52,476 nucleotides of DNA from an uncultured Flavobacteriaceae bacterium (GTDB lineage: Bacteria; Bacteroidota; Bacteroidia; Flavobacteriales; Flavobacteriaceae): NCBI GenBank assembly GCA_905380995.1, contig CAJPUS010000066.1:1-52476 (forward strand). Reading direction: 5' to 3'. Below are positions 1 through 9,354 of the stretch, piece after piece (within the stretch, counting starts at the first letter, position 1; the number at the start of each line of letters is the position of its first letter). Both the position numbers and the translations under genes were made by a program. The notes beneath the pieces are model-generated. The model did not search any database. It was not told the DNA's origin and saw only the letters and a program-made list of their open reading frames with translations.

Positions 1-1794
1 TCTTGCATTTGATGTAGCACCAGCGTTAAAAGTCATAGACCAATCACTGTCAAGTTCGTAATCTCCGTTAACAGTTATTTGGTGGTTAAATATAGTAGCA
101 GTGTTATTCCATTTTTCGTAGAATCCAGATTGTGTTTCAAGACTTCCGTCAACACCACCTTTGTTTTGATAACTTGTGTTATCCTCACTGTATACATCAT
201 AACCATATCTATATTGAATGTTTAAATTATCAGAGATGTCATATTGTACTGAAGTACCACCATAAACCCTGTGAGTTGCTTGCGCATCCTGAGTATTTGC
301 AACAGTCCAAAGTGGGTGTTGTATACCATTTGAAGATCTATAGTAAATAGATGCTCCAGTAATGGGATGTGCATATGGTAATTGACCTATACCAACAGAT
401 CTTGGAGTATAGAATACGTTACCATATAATGATGAATCAGAACTACCACTACTATATGCCGCAGCAATTGGTGGAGTTTTAAAATCAGTAAATGAATAGT
501 TAAGTGTTCCATTAACAGTAATTTTATTTGATAAAACAGCTCTACCACCGAAACTAATATTGTTTCTTCTTAGAGTGTTTCCAGGAGTAAATCCTTCATC
601 ATCTAAATTACCATAGTTAACATTATAAGAAACTTTACCGTCATCACTTTGACCTCTGAAGTTAATGTTAGTATTGATAATGCTTCCAGGCTGGAATAAG
701 TCTCCAACACTGTCATATGGCTTCCATTCCCACATAGAGTCCATTGATAAGCCTAATAAAGGCAATAGATCTCTTGCAAGGAATCTTGCGTTAAGGTTAC
801 TTACATATGGGTGTTTTAAAAACCCAGGTTGAGTAGTACCATAAATTGAATTGCCAGAACCATTTATTGCGTCTTGTCTACCCCATCCTGCAGGACCTGC
901 CTCGTCGAAACTTGGACCCCAGTTAGAGAAGAACCAACCAAAGTTTTGGTTAAAACCATTACCATACTGATTCTGATAATCTGGCTTCATGGCAAGCTCA
1001 TTTGTGAAGTAAGATGTATTAACAGTTACTTCATTTTTTTGAGCTCTCATACCTGAAGCTGTAGTTCCGGATTTAGTAGTTATTAAAACTACACCGTTTC
1101 TACCTTCCGATCCATAAAGTGTAGCAGCAGCTAAACCTTTAAGAACGTTAACAGATTCAATATTATTTGGATCTAGATCTAGGAATCTTGATGAACCATT
1201 GTTTCCCGAGGTAAAACTACCCATTGCGTTAGTGTCACTTGCAAAAGGGACACCATCAACAACGAACAACGGTTGATTACTTGAACTAAAGGTACTTAAA
1301 CCTCTAATTACAACGCTTGTTCCTGATCCAGAAATACCACCTTGATTTGTTACTTGTACACCAGAGGCTTTACCAGAAAGAACACGCGCGACATCACCAG
1401 AAGCTCTATTTTCGATTTGACTATTGTCAACCTCTGATACAGCATATCCTAGTGCACGTCTTTCTCTTGTAATACCTAAACTGGTTACGATAACTTCATC
1501 AAGTTGATTACCTAGGGAAAGAGATATATTAATGACGTTGCCTGAGCCAACAGCTATTGCTGATGATTCGTAACCAACGAAACTGAATTCCAGAGTCTGG
1601 CCTTCAGATACATTAATAGAAAAGTTCCCATCGAAATCAGTGGTTACACCAGTAGTTGTTCCCTGAACTATAACAGTTGCTCCCGGTAAAGGAAGACCAT
1701 CTGGATCAGAAACAACACCAGTTACTGTCTTCTGTGCAAACGAAAGTTGTGCCGTCAGCAAGAAAACCACTAGTAATCTGAATAAGCTTTTCAT
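1..1794 (-). CDS. SusC/RagA-family TonB-dependent outer-membrane receptor, N-terminal 598 codons (3' end runs off the left window edge)
   Basis: Absent from the ORF track because there is no stop inside the window. Manual reverse-strand translation from ATG 1794-1792 stays open to position 1. It reads MKSLFRLLVVFLLTAQLSFAQKTVTGVVSDPDGLPLPGATVIVQGTTTGVTTDFDGNFSI (signal peptide plus carboxypeptidase-regulatory-like domain), then DEVIVTSLGITRERRALGYAVSEV, NQPLFVVDGVPF and IESVNVLKGLAAATLYGSEGRNGVVLITTK (plug-domain motifs). Confidence 0.9.
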   Translation of the reverse strand, partial: MKSLFRLLVVFLLTAQLSFAQKTVTGVVSDPDGLPLPGATVIVQGTTTGVTTDFDGNFSINVSEGQTLEFSFVGYESSAIAVGSGNVINISLSLGNQLDEVIVTSLGITRERRALGYAVSEVDNSQIENRASGDVARVLSGKASGVQVTNQGGISGSGTSVVIRGLSTFSSSNQPLFVVDGVPFASDTNAMGSFTSGNNGSSRFLDLDPNNIESVNVLKGLAAATLYGSEGRNGVVLITTKSGTTASGMRAQKNEVTVNTSYFTNELAMKPDYQNQYGNGFNQNFGWFFSNWGPSFDEAGPAGWGRQDAINGSGNSIYGTTQPGFLKHPYVSNLNARFLARDLLPLLGLSMDSMWEWKPYDSVGDLFQPGSIINTNINFRGQSDDGKVSYNVNYGNLDDEGFTPGNTLRRNNISFGGRAVLSNKITVNGTLNYSFTDFKTPPIAAAYSSGSSDSSLYGNVFYTPRSVGIGQLPYAHPITGASIYYRSSNGIQHPLWTVANTQDAQATHRVYGGTSVQYDISDNLNIQYRYGYDVYSEDNTSYQNKGGVDGSLETQSGFYEKWNNTATIFNHQITVNGDYELDSDWSMTFNAGATSNAR

Positions 1795-2003
1795 ACTTAG
1801 TTATTTATTTATTATTAAATTTTTGTTAAAATTTTCTTAAATTTTTCGTAAGCGCTAAGTTACATGAATAATTCAAAAAAAAAAGAAACTTCTTTATATT
1901 ATTGAAAATAAACAACAAAAAAAAAATTTTTAATAGTTTAGACAATAAAATATTGAAGAATTTTCATTAATTAACTAAAAAAATTATATTATTCTTATTA
2001 AAA

Positions 2004-2711
2004 CTATAGATTTTCTGCAAATTCAAAAATTTTAATTACTGAGCTTAAGTCGCTGATTTTTAATCTATTAACCTTAATAAACTTTTTTATCTCATCAGAA
2101 TTATCACCAAAAATATTAATTAGTGCTTTTTTTGATTGTTTTAATTTAATGGGTGTATTGCCTTCTTTGCTAATATAAAGTTCGATACTTTCAACATATC
2201 TAGGAGGAAAAGAGTTTTCAAGTGAAGTTCTTGCAATCTTTGCTTCCATGAAAGTTTTCTTTTTTTTGAGGAACAGCTTATTTCTCTGTCCATCAAATAT
2301 TTTTATCAAATATCCTATGTATGCGTTACCAGTTTCCAATCTATAAGGAAGATATTCATATCTTTCCCCATTAATCAATGGTATAACATCTGCGCTTTTA
2401 ATTAAAATAACATCAGATTCAGATTGAGATTGAGTGTCGGCCATTTCAATTTCATCTCTAAAGGCATTATACCTCATAAAACCTGTATCATTTAATTCTT
2501 TTCCAAAATATTCAAGCTTTGCAACTCTAAAATTATTATCAAAATAATGACTTCCTTGAACATTTAGTGGTTCAGGAGACCTAGTTGATCTGTTTCCAAA
2601 ATCAATTAAGGCTTGTTGAGTTGCACCTGTAAGTGCACCATTTAAATTACCTTGAGATTGTAATTGAAGAGTAGTTAAAAAAATATAAAGTACAGTTAAA
2701 ATGTGTTTCAC
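2004..2711 (-). CDS. hypothetical secreted protein
   Basis: 235-aa ORF with an N-terminal signal-like segment MKHILTVLYIFLTTLQLQSQ. I recognise no family motif. Confidence 0.6.
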   Translation of the reverse strand: MKHILTVLYIFLTTLQLQSQGNLNGALTGATQQALIDFGNRSTRSPEPLNVQGSHYFDNNFRVAKLEYFGKELNDTGFMRYNAFRDEIEMADTQSQSESDVILIKSADVIPLINGERYEYLPYRLETGNAYIGYLIKIFDGQRNKLFLKKKKTFMEAKIARTSLENSFPPRYVESIELYISKEGNTPIKLKQSKKALINIFGDNSDEIKKFIKVNRLKISDLSSVIKIFEFAENL

Positions 2712-2834
2712 TTCTTAAATTATAATATCAAACATAATTATAATATTCTTAAAAATTATCAAACTTTATATTTATTAACAATTAATTAGATTATAATATT
2801 CTGCAGATATATTATTTCAAAATATAACGTTTAA

Positions 2835-4043
2835 CTAATCTTTAAATATATCAATTTGTCCACGAAATAGGTCTTCAAATTTTTCTCTTTCTCTTATTAT
2901 TTTGAATTTGTTACCAATTATACAAACTTCAGTTGGTTTAAGTCGACTATTATAGTTGCTAGCCATTGAAAAACCGTAGGCACCGGAATTCTTAATGCAA
3001 ATTATATCATCTTTTGAGATCCTTGATATCATTCTACTTTCCGCAAAAGTATCTTTCTCACACATGTATCCCACAACAGAATATTCAAACTTTTCATCAT
3101 CTGGATTAGATAAATTAATTATTTCATGGTAAGATTTGTAAAGTGTGGGTCTAATTAGGTGGTTAAATCCAGAATTTAATTGAACAAGTGTGTAATGACT
3201 TGATTTTTTTACATAATTAACTTTAGTAATTAAATATCCAGAGTCACTGACTAAAAATTTACCAGGTTCAAAAATTAGTCTTATGTTTTTTTTTGTTTTT
3301 AAATTGAATCTTAATACCTCTTCGTTTATCACCTCAGCATATTTTTTGAGATTAGTTTCAGTATCTCCTTCGAAATATGGGATCTTTATTCCACCTCCAA
3401 GATCAATTGTTTCAATATTTTTAAATCTGTAAGCATGGAAAAAAATTTTTCTTATTCCTACCTCAAAATGATTGTTTTCAATAATATCGCTACCGGTGTG
3501 TATATGAAGACCTGTTACTTTTATTTTACCCTCTTCTTCCATCTTCAAAACATCATAAATCTGTTCTTCAGGAATTCCAAACTTTGACTTAACATGACCA
3601 ACACTGACATTTTCATTCGCGCCAGCTAATACATCAGGATTAATTCTAATTGATATTGATTGATTGGGATAACTATCTGAAAAATCTTGCAAAGACTCCA
3701 TACTATCAAGGTTAATTTTAACACCAAACGACATAGCTTCTTTAATTTCTGACAAATCAATACCATTTGGTGTAAACAAAATCTTGTTTTTATCAAATCC
3801 ACATTTAATTCCAGTTTTTACTTCCTCAATTGAAGCTGCATCTAAACCTAGACCCAAATTATTCATATACTTTAATATTGAGATATTAGATAGTGCTTTA
3901 GCAGCAAAAAATAATTGGTAATTATTCAATGTGTTAAATCCTTGCTTAATTTTATCAAGCTGTTTGTCTATTATTGACAAATCATATACATAAAGTGGAG
4001 TTCCAAAATTTTGGGCTGTTTTTTTTAGTTTTTCAATATTCAT
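2835..4043 (-). CDS. lysA: diaminopimelate decarboxylase (PLP-dependent Orn/DAP/Arg decarboxylase family 2)
   Basis: 402-aa ORF. It has the FFAAKA PLP-lysine region, HIHTGS, DLGGG and EPGKFLV segments, and a C-terminal CEKD...GAY pattern typical of LysA. Confidence 0.88.
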   Translation of the reverse strand: MNIEKLKKTAQNFGTPLYVYDLSIIDKQLDKIKQGFNTLNNYQLFFAAKALSNISILKYMNNLGLGLDAASIEEVKTGIKCGFDKNKILFTPNGIDLSEIKEAMSFGVKINLDSMESLQDFSDSYPNQSISIRINPDVLAGANENVSVGHVKSKFGIPEEQIYDVLKMEEEGKIKVTGLHIHTGSDIIENNHFEVGIRKIFFHAYRFKNIETIDLGGGIKIPYFEGDTETNLKKYAEVINEEVLRFNLKTKKNIRLIFEPGKFLVSDSGYLITKVNYVKKSSHYTLVQLNSGFNHLIRPTLYKSYHEIINLSNPDDEKFEYSVVGYMCEKDTFAESRMISRISKDDIICIKNSGAYGFSMASNYNSRLKPTEVCIIGNKFKIIREREKFEDLFRGQIDIFKD

Positions 4044-4096
4044 AATACCAATTAATATCTAAATATAAATCTGATTTTAAATAATTCAAATTTCTG

Positions 4097-4116
4097 TAGT
4101 TTTGTAGTTATATTTG
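4097..4116 (+). promoter_or_regulatory. two overlapping Bacteroidota-type -7 boxes (TAGTTTTG 4097-4104, TATATTTG 4109-4116) upstream of sucC
   Basis: Both match the TAnnTTTG consensus for the Bacteroidota primary sigma factor. The second box ends 5 nt before the ATG at 4122. No clear -33 TTG was seen. Confidence 0.3.
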
Positions 4117-4121
4117 TCGCA

Positions 4122-5312
4122 ATGAATTTACATGAATATCAGGGAAAAGAGCTACTAAAAAACTATAATGTTACAATCCAAAGAGGTTATGTTGCTAATA
4201 CTCCAGATGAGGCCGTAAAATTTGCAAAAAAACTTGCAGATGAAACAGGTACAAAAATATATATTATCAAGGCTCAAATTCATGCCGGTGGAAGAGGAAA
4301 AGGAGGTGGTGTTAGAATAGCAAAAAGTCTTGAGGAGGTAAAAAAAATTTCTTCAAATATTATTGGAATGAAGTTGGTTACCCCACAAACACCAACTGGT
4401 GGAAAACTTGTAAGAAAAGTTCTAATTGCTGAGGATGTGTATTATGACGGAGAGTCTGATAGAAAAGAATTTTATATATCAGTAATATTAAATAGGGCAA
4501 CATCTAGAAACATGATTATATATACTTCCGAAGGGGGGGTTGATATTGAGTCAGTTGCAAAAAATACACCTGAGCTTATTTTTAATGAAGAAATCGATCC
4601 TGAAATGGGGATTCTACCTTTTCAATCCAGAAAAATTGCATTTAATCTTGGGTTGGAGGGTAAGGCTCTAAAAAATATGTCCGTATTTGTTACAAATCTC
4701 TACAATGCATATTTTAACTCTGATGCCTCTTTATTTGAGATAAATCCTTTACTTAAGGCCTCAGATGACAAAATAATTGCTGTTGACTCAAAAGTTACAA
4801 TTGATGAAAATGCACTTTTTAGGCATAAAGATTATGAATCTTTAAGAGATTTCAACGAAGAAAATCCTATTGAGGTTGAGGCAAGGGAGAATGGCTTAAA
4901 CTATGTTGATTTGGATGGGAATGTAGGTTGTATGGTTAATGGTGCCGGTTTGGCAATGGCTACTATGGATTTGATTAAGCTTGCTGGAGCAGAGCCTGCA
5001 AACTTTCTAGATGTTGGTGGAACTGCAGATTCTGAAAGAGTTGAAAAAGCTTTTAGGCTTATACTTCAAGATTCAAATGTTAAAGCTATTTTAATAAATA
5101 TTTTTGGTGGAATAGTTAGGTGTGATAGAGTAGCAGAGGGTATTGTATCTGCTTACAAGAACTTAGCAAATATCAATGTACCAATCATAGTCAGACTTCA
5201 GGGAACTAACTCAGCAAAGGCAAGGGAAATTCTTGATAGATCTGGTTTAAATGTACTTTTTGTAAGTGCCTTCGATGAAGCAGCAAAAAAGTTACAGACT
5301 GCCATTAGATGA
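4122..5312 (+). CDS. sucC: succinyl-CoA synthetase (ADP-forming) beta subunit
   Basis: 396 aa. It has the N-terminal MNLHEYQGKELL, an ATP-grasp GGRGKGGGV, GCMVNGAGLAMATMD and a CoA-ligase C-domain. No sucD follows. Confidence 0.95.
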   Translation: MNLHEYQGKELLKNYNVTIQRGYVANTPDEAVKFAKKLADETGTKIYIIKAQIHAGGRGKGGGVRIAKSLEEVKKISSNIIGMKLVTPQTPTGGKLVRKVLIAEDVYYDGESDRKEFYISVILNRATSRNMIIYTSEGGVDIESVAKNTPELIFNEEIDPEMGILPFQSRKIAFNLGLEGKALKNMSVFVTNLYNAYFNSDASLFEINPLLKASDDKIIAVDSKVTIDENALFRHKDYESLRDFNEENPIEVEARENGLNYVDLDGNVGCMVNGAGLAMATMDLIKLAGAEPANFLDVGGTADSERVEKAFRLILQDSNVKAILINIFGGIVRCDRVAEGIVSAYKNLANINVPIIVRLQGTNSAKAREILDRSGLNVLFVSAFDEAAKKLQTAIR

Positions 5313-5331
5313 CAAATAGTCATTTTTTTTT
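5309..5331 (+). terminator. weak hairpin plus T9 overlapping the sucC stop codon
   Basis: ATGAC(5309-13)-AAATA-GTCAT(5319-23) followed by a T-run at 5323-5331. The stem is only 5 bp. Confidence 0.3.
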
Positions 5332-5429
5332 ATTTTTTAACGTCATTTTGTCATAAATTATTGTTTGGTATTTTATTTGAATATTATCTATAGAATTTAT
5401 AATTCAATGTTTAATTAAAAAAATAAATT

Positions 5430-5852
5430 ATGAGAATAGTAAAATATAATAATAACAATGTTTTTCCATCATTAATGAATGAATTCTTTAATGATGACTT
5501 CGGAATGAACTTATTTAATAGAAGTCATTCCGTACCATCAGTTAATTCAATTGAGAACAATGATTCTTTTGAAATTGATCTTGCAGTGCCAGGCATGAAT
5601 AAAGATGATTTTACAATTGAATTAAATGATAAGATTCTAGTGATTTCATCAAGCAATTCTGATAGTGGTAATAGTGAAAATATTAGATTAAATGAATTTA
5701 ATTATTCATCTTTTCAAAGATCATTTAGAGTACCGGAGTCAGTTGAACTAGATAAAATCAAAGCAAATTATAAAAATGGAATTTTAAAAATTAAATTACC
5801 TAAAAGAAAGGATAGTATCACAAAACCTAATAGGGTAATTGATATAAGCTAA
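5430..5852 (+). CDS. Hsp20/alpha-crystallin family small heat-shock protein
   Basis: 140 aa with alpha-crystallin domain signatures FEIDLAVPGMNKDDFTIEL...ILVISS...NGILKIKLPK. Confidence 0.9.
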   Translation: MRIVKYNNNNVFPSLMNEFFNDDFGMNLFNRSHSVPSVNSIENNDSFEIDLAVPGMNKDDFTIELNDKILVISSSNSDSGNSENIRLNEFNYSSFQRSFRVPESVELDKIKANYKNGILKIKLPKRKDSITKPNRVIDIS

Positions 5853-5873
5853 TAGTGTTAATAATCAATAATT

Positions 5874-5900
5874 AAGGTGTACAATTAGTACACCTTTTTT
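5874..5900. terminator. bidirectional rho-independent terminator between hsp20 and uvrB (convergent genes)
   Basis: Perfect 9-bp stem AAGGTGTAC(5874-82)/GTACACCTT(5888-96) with loop AATTA, followed by a T-run. An A/T-rich run precedes it on the other strand. Confidence 0.65.
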
Positions 5901-7881
5901 ATTTATTTATTTTCTTTAAATATTCTATCTTATCTCTAAGATCAGCAGCCTTAAGAAAATCAAGTTTTTTTGCTACTTTTTCCATTTCCTTCCTCAATTC
6001 TTTTATTTTATTATTAATTTGATTTTCTGTATGATAATTCTTAATCTCTTCTTCAAAGTCATCAAAATTAGTACTTACAGTTTCTACTATTTGTTCAAAA
6101 GAATTTGTGAATGATTTTTCCATCTGTCTAGGAACTAAGTTGTTTAAATTATTAAACTTCTGTTGCTTCTCTCTCCTGTATTTAGTTTCTTCAATTGTTT
6201 TCTTCATGCTGTCAGTTATTAAATCTGCATACATAATAGATTTTCCATTTATGTTTCTTGCAGCTCTACCTACAGTCTGAATTAAAGATCTATGACTTCT
6301 AAGGAATCCCTCTTTGTCTGCGTCTAGAATTGCTACTAGTGATACTTCAGGAAGGTCAAGACCTTCTCTTAGTAAATTAACTCCCACTAAAACATCAAAT
6401 ATTCCTTTCCTTAAATTTTGCATTATTTCGACTCTCTCAAGAGTATCAATATCACTATGAATATAATTAGCTCTAATTTTTGATTTGTGAAGATATTTTG
6501 TTAATTCCTCTGCCATTCTTTTAGTTAGCGTAGTAATAAGAACTCTCTCATCCTTTTCAATTCTTTTTAGAATTTCTTCAATTAAATCATCAATTTGATT
6601 TTCAGATTTTCTAACTTCAATAATTGGATCAAGAACTCCTGTCGGTCTTATGATCTGCTCAATATAAAGACCTTCAGATTTTCTAAGTTCATAATCTGCA
6701 GGTGTAGCACTAACATATAATACATTATTTTGAAGATCCTCAAATTCTTCAAATTTTAATGGTCTGTTATCAAGTGCTGCAGGGAGTCGGAATCCATAAT
6801 CAACTAAATTCTCTTTTCTACTTCTATCTCCACCATACATTGCATGAACTTGGGGAATTGTTACATGACTTTCATCAATTACCATTAAATAATCATCAGG
6901 AAAATAATCTAATAAACAAAATGGTCGTGTTCCAGGACTCCTTCCATCTAAATACCTGGAATAATTTTCAATACCAGAGCAATATCCAAGCTCTTTTATC
7001 ATTTCAAGATCAAAATCTGTTCTTTCTTTAATTCTTTTTGCTTCAAGTGTTTTTTCAACCTCTTCAAAGTATTTTACTTGCTCTTTAAGGTCAAATTCTA
7101 TATTATTGATAGCAGACTGAATACTAGATTCCGATGTAACAAATATCATAGCAGGGAAAATCCTTAAGTTATCAAAGTCTTCAATTTTATTACCTGTTAT
7201 GGGATCAATTGATTCAATAGTTTCAATAATATCTCCAAAGAAATTAATTCTATAGAAAATGTCAGAGTAACTTGGAAATATGTCTACTACATCACCTCTT
7301 ACAGAAAAGCTACCCCTATTTAAATCAGTTATTGATCTGGAGTATTGACTTTTTACAAACATTGATAAAAGTTTTGAAATTTGAATTTCTTGATTAACGT
7401 CAATTCTAATTATATGTTTTTTAAATTCAGATGGGTTTCCTATACCATATATACATGATACTGATGCAACTACAATTATATCATCTCTTCCTGAAAGTAA
7501 GGAAGAAGTTGCGCTTAATCTGAATTTTTCAATTTGCTCATTAATTGATAAGTCTTTCTCTATATAAAGACCTGAAGATGGAATGTATGCCTCTGGTTGA
7601 TAATAGTCATAATATGAAACAAAATATTCTACTGCATTATTTGGAAAAAAATTTTGAAATTCTGTGTAAAGTTGAGCAGCTAGGGTTTTATTATGAGCTA
7701 AAACTAATGTTGGTTTTTTAATTTTTTGGATAACATTAGCCACTGTAAATGTTTTTCCAGATCCAGTAACTCCTTGAAGAGTAACATGATTATGATTATT
7801 ATTGAATGAGTCAGCTATGCTTTTTATGGCATTAGGTTGATCTCCAGTCGGTTTAAAGTCTGATGTAAGTGAAAAGCTCAT
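5899..7881 (-). CDS. uvrB: excinuclease ABC subunit B
   Basis: 660 aa with Walker A GVTGSGKT, DESH, helicase C-domain motifs, and a C-terminal UVR domain (LDFLKAADLRDKI). Confidence 0.97.
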   Translation of the reverse strand: MSFSLTSDFKPTGDQPNAIKSIADSFNNNHNHVTLQGVTGSGKTFTVANVIQKIKKPTLVLAHNKTLAAQLYTEFQNFFPNNAVEYFVSYYDYYQPEAYIPSSGLYIEKDLSINEQIEKFRLSATSSLLSGRDDIIVVASVSCIYGIGNPSEFKKHIIRIDVNQEIQISKLLSMFVKSQYSRSITDLNRGSFSVRGDVVDIFPSYSDIFYRINFFGDIIETIESIDPITGNKIEDFDNLRIFPAMIFVTSESSIQSAINNIEFDLKEQVKYFEEVEKTLEAKRIKERTDFDLEMIKELGYCSGIENYSRYLDGRSPGTRPFCLLDYFPDDYLMVIDESHVTIPQVHAMYGGDRSRKENLVDYGFRLPAALDNRPLKFEEFEDLQNNVLYVSATPADYELRKSEGLYIEQIIRPTGVLDPIIEVRKSENQIDDLIEEILKRIEKDERVLITTLTKRMAEELTKYLHKSKIRANYIHSDIDTLERVEIMQNLRKGIFDVLVGVNLLREGLDLPEVSLVAILDADKEGFLRSHRSLIQTVGRAARNINGKSIMYADLITDSMKKTIEETKYRREKQQKFNNLNNLVPRQMEKSFTNSFEQIVETVSTNFDDFEEEIKNYHTENQINNKIKELRKEMEKVAKKLDFLKAADLRDKIEYLKKINK

Positions 7882-7910
7882 TAATCTATGTAATTATCAT
7901 CAATATTTGT

Positions 7911-8342
7911 TTAATCAATTTTATCACTTATATTGAAAATATTGGTGGGAGGTTCTTTGGGAACTTTACCAATTGAATTAATAATAAAATATTTACTATT
8001 ATCTGTAATAAAATCTCCAACTTCATATAATTCAATAAAAAATGTCCAATAATTCAGAAAGTCATAAATAAAAATAAGTTTATCATTTTTTGAAATAAAA
8101 AAGTTTGAAATTGGAATATTATCCATTATTTCATCTTTATCATCAATTTTAAAAATTTTAATTTCGTCAAGTTGTTCCCAATTATCATCTGTGTTATGGA
8201 ATGTAGATATCTCATGTGAATCAAACCCAAATTCAGTTGAAATTATTTGACTGAACTCAAAAAGTGAAGTACTTGAGTCGATTACTATGTCTCTAAGCAC
8301 ATCTTCTTCAACATTTAGTATAATTCTAAATTTTAGATGCAT
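7911..8342 (-). CDS. pRiA4b ORF-3-like family protein (hypothetical)
   Basis: The track ORF is 7911-8387. I prefer the ATG at 8342 (MHLKFRIILNVEED...), which cuts the overlap with the upstream gene to 17 nt. LKFRI...FEFSQIISTEFGFDSHEISTF...IFIYDFLNYWTFFIELYEV resembles the PRiA4_ORF3 pattern (..YxYDFGDxWxHxI.vE). The call rests on resemblance only. Confidence 0.55.
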   Translation of the reverse strand: MHLKFRIILNVEEDVLRDIVIDSSTSLFEFSQIISTEFGFDSHEISTFHNTDDNWEQLDEIKIFKIDDKDEIMDNIPISNFFISKNDKLIFIYDFLNYWTFFIELYEVGDFITDNSKYFIINSIGKVPKEPPTNIFNISDKID

Positions 8343-9354
8343 TTTTTGAAATATTGTACAATAGTAAAAAATAAAATTGAATACCAATAATCAGTGTTGA
8401 AATTAATAAATGTATTGGCTGTGTCGTGAATGGAAAATGAAAATAGTACATAATTATTCCTGAAACAATTTGTAAAAAAATTAAAAAGTTTACAATGTAT
8501 ATCAATCTTGATTTTAACCCAATTTTAATAGCTTTAATAAAAATAACACTATTTACAATAATTATTGACCAAGAAAAACTTCTGTGAAAGTTAAATGTAC
8601 TAGTTATATTTTCAACCCATTTTTCCTTTTCTAAATAATTGAATAAGTCCATTTTAATATCTATAAACTTTCTAACTTCCGTTCCAGTAATTATTTGAAT
8701 TATAAGTAGTGCGATTGATAATAATACTAATAATGAGATATTTTTTGATATTTTAAATCTTCTCTTTTTAATATTTGAAATTGCTAAAATAGAAAATAGT
8801 ATAAATAATAAGACTATTGCCATCAGCATATGAACAGTAATAGTATTTGCAGTAAGGTTACTATCAACAACAGTTTTACCAAGCCAGGCCTGAAAAAGAA
8901 TTGCAATTAAAGCTAAAAATGATAATCCTGTAATTAATATTTTAGTTCTAAAAAATTTTAATGAACTGAAAAATAATATTAAGACTGATAAACCAGCAAG
9001 AGCTCCAATAAGTCTATTTATGTATTCAATCCAAGTATGATTCACATTAAATTTTGAGTAATCATGTTTAGTATAATTACTCCAATTTAATGCATCAAAT
9101 TTATCTTTTGATTTAAAGCTGTAATTAGCATAAAATAATTTTTCATTAATAATAATTATTTGATTTTTATTGTAATTAAAATTTGATTTCCAGTCTAGTT
9201 GGGATCTTTCTGTTGGTGGAATTAAAAATCCAAAACATTTTGGCCAATCCGGGCAGCCCATGCCACTTCCAGTCATTCTCACTATTCCTCCAGCCAAAAT
9301 AACCAAATAGACTATAATTATTGATATACTTGCGGTCTTGTTTAGATTATTCAT
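8326..9354 (-). CDS. ctaA: COX15/CtaA-family heme A synthase
   Basis: 342-aa polytopic membrane ORF. The N-terminal RMTGSGMGCPDWPKCFG motif is characteristic of COX15/CtaA. Confidence 0.8.
   Translation of the reverse strand: MNNLNKTASISIIIVYLVILAGGIVRMTGSGMGCPDWPKCFGFLIPPTERSQLDWKSNFNYNKNQIIIINEKLFYANYSFKSKDKFDALNWSNYTKHDYSKFNVNHTWIEYINRLIGALAGLSVLILFFSSLKFFRTKILITGLSFLALIAILFQAWLGKTVVDSNLTANTITVHMLMAIVLLFILFSILAISNIKKRRFKISKNISLLVLLSIALLIIQIITGTEVRKFIDIKMDLFNYLEKEKWVENITSTFNFHRSFSWSIIIVNSVIFIKAIKIGLKSRLIYIVNFLIFLQIVSGIIMYYFHFPFTTQPIHLLISTLIIGIQFYFLLLYNISKNASKI

Noticed and set aside
8343-8387. N-terminal 15 codons of the track ORF 7911-8387 (MVFNFIFYYCTIFQK).
   Set aside because: They would overlap the 3' end of the ctaA-like gene by 62 nt. 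The internal ATG at 8342 gives a normal N-terminus and a 17-nt overlap. The longer form cannot be excluded.
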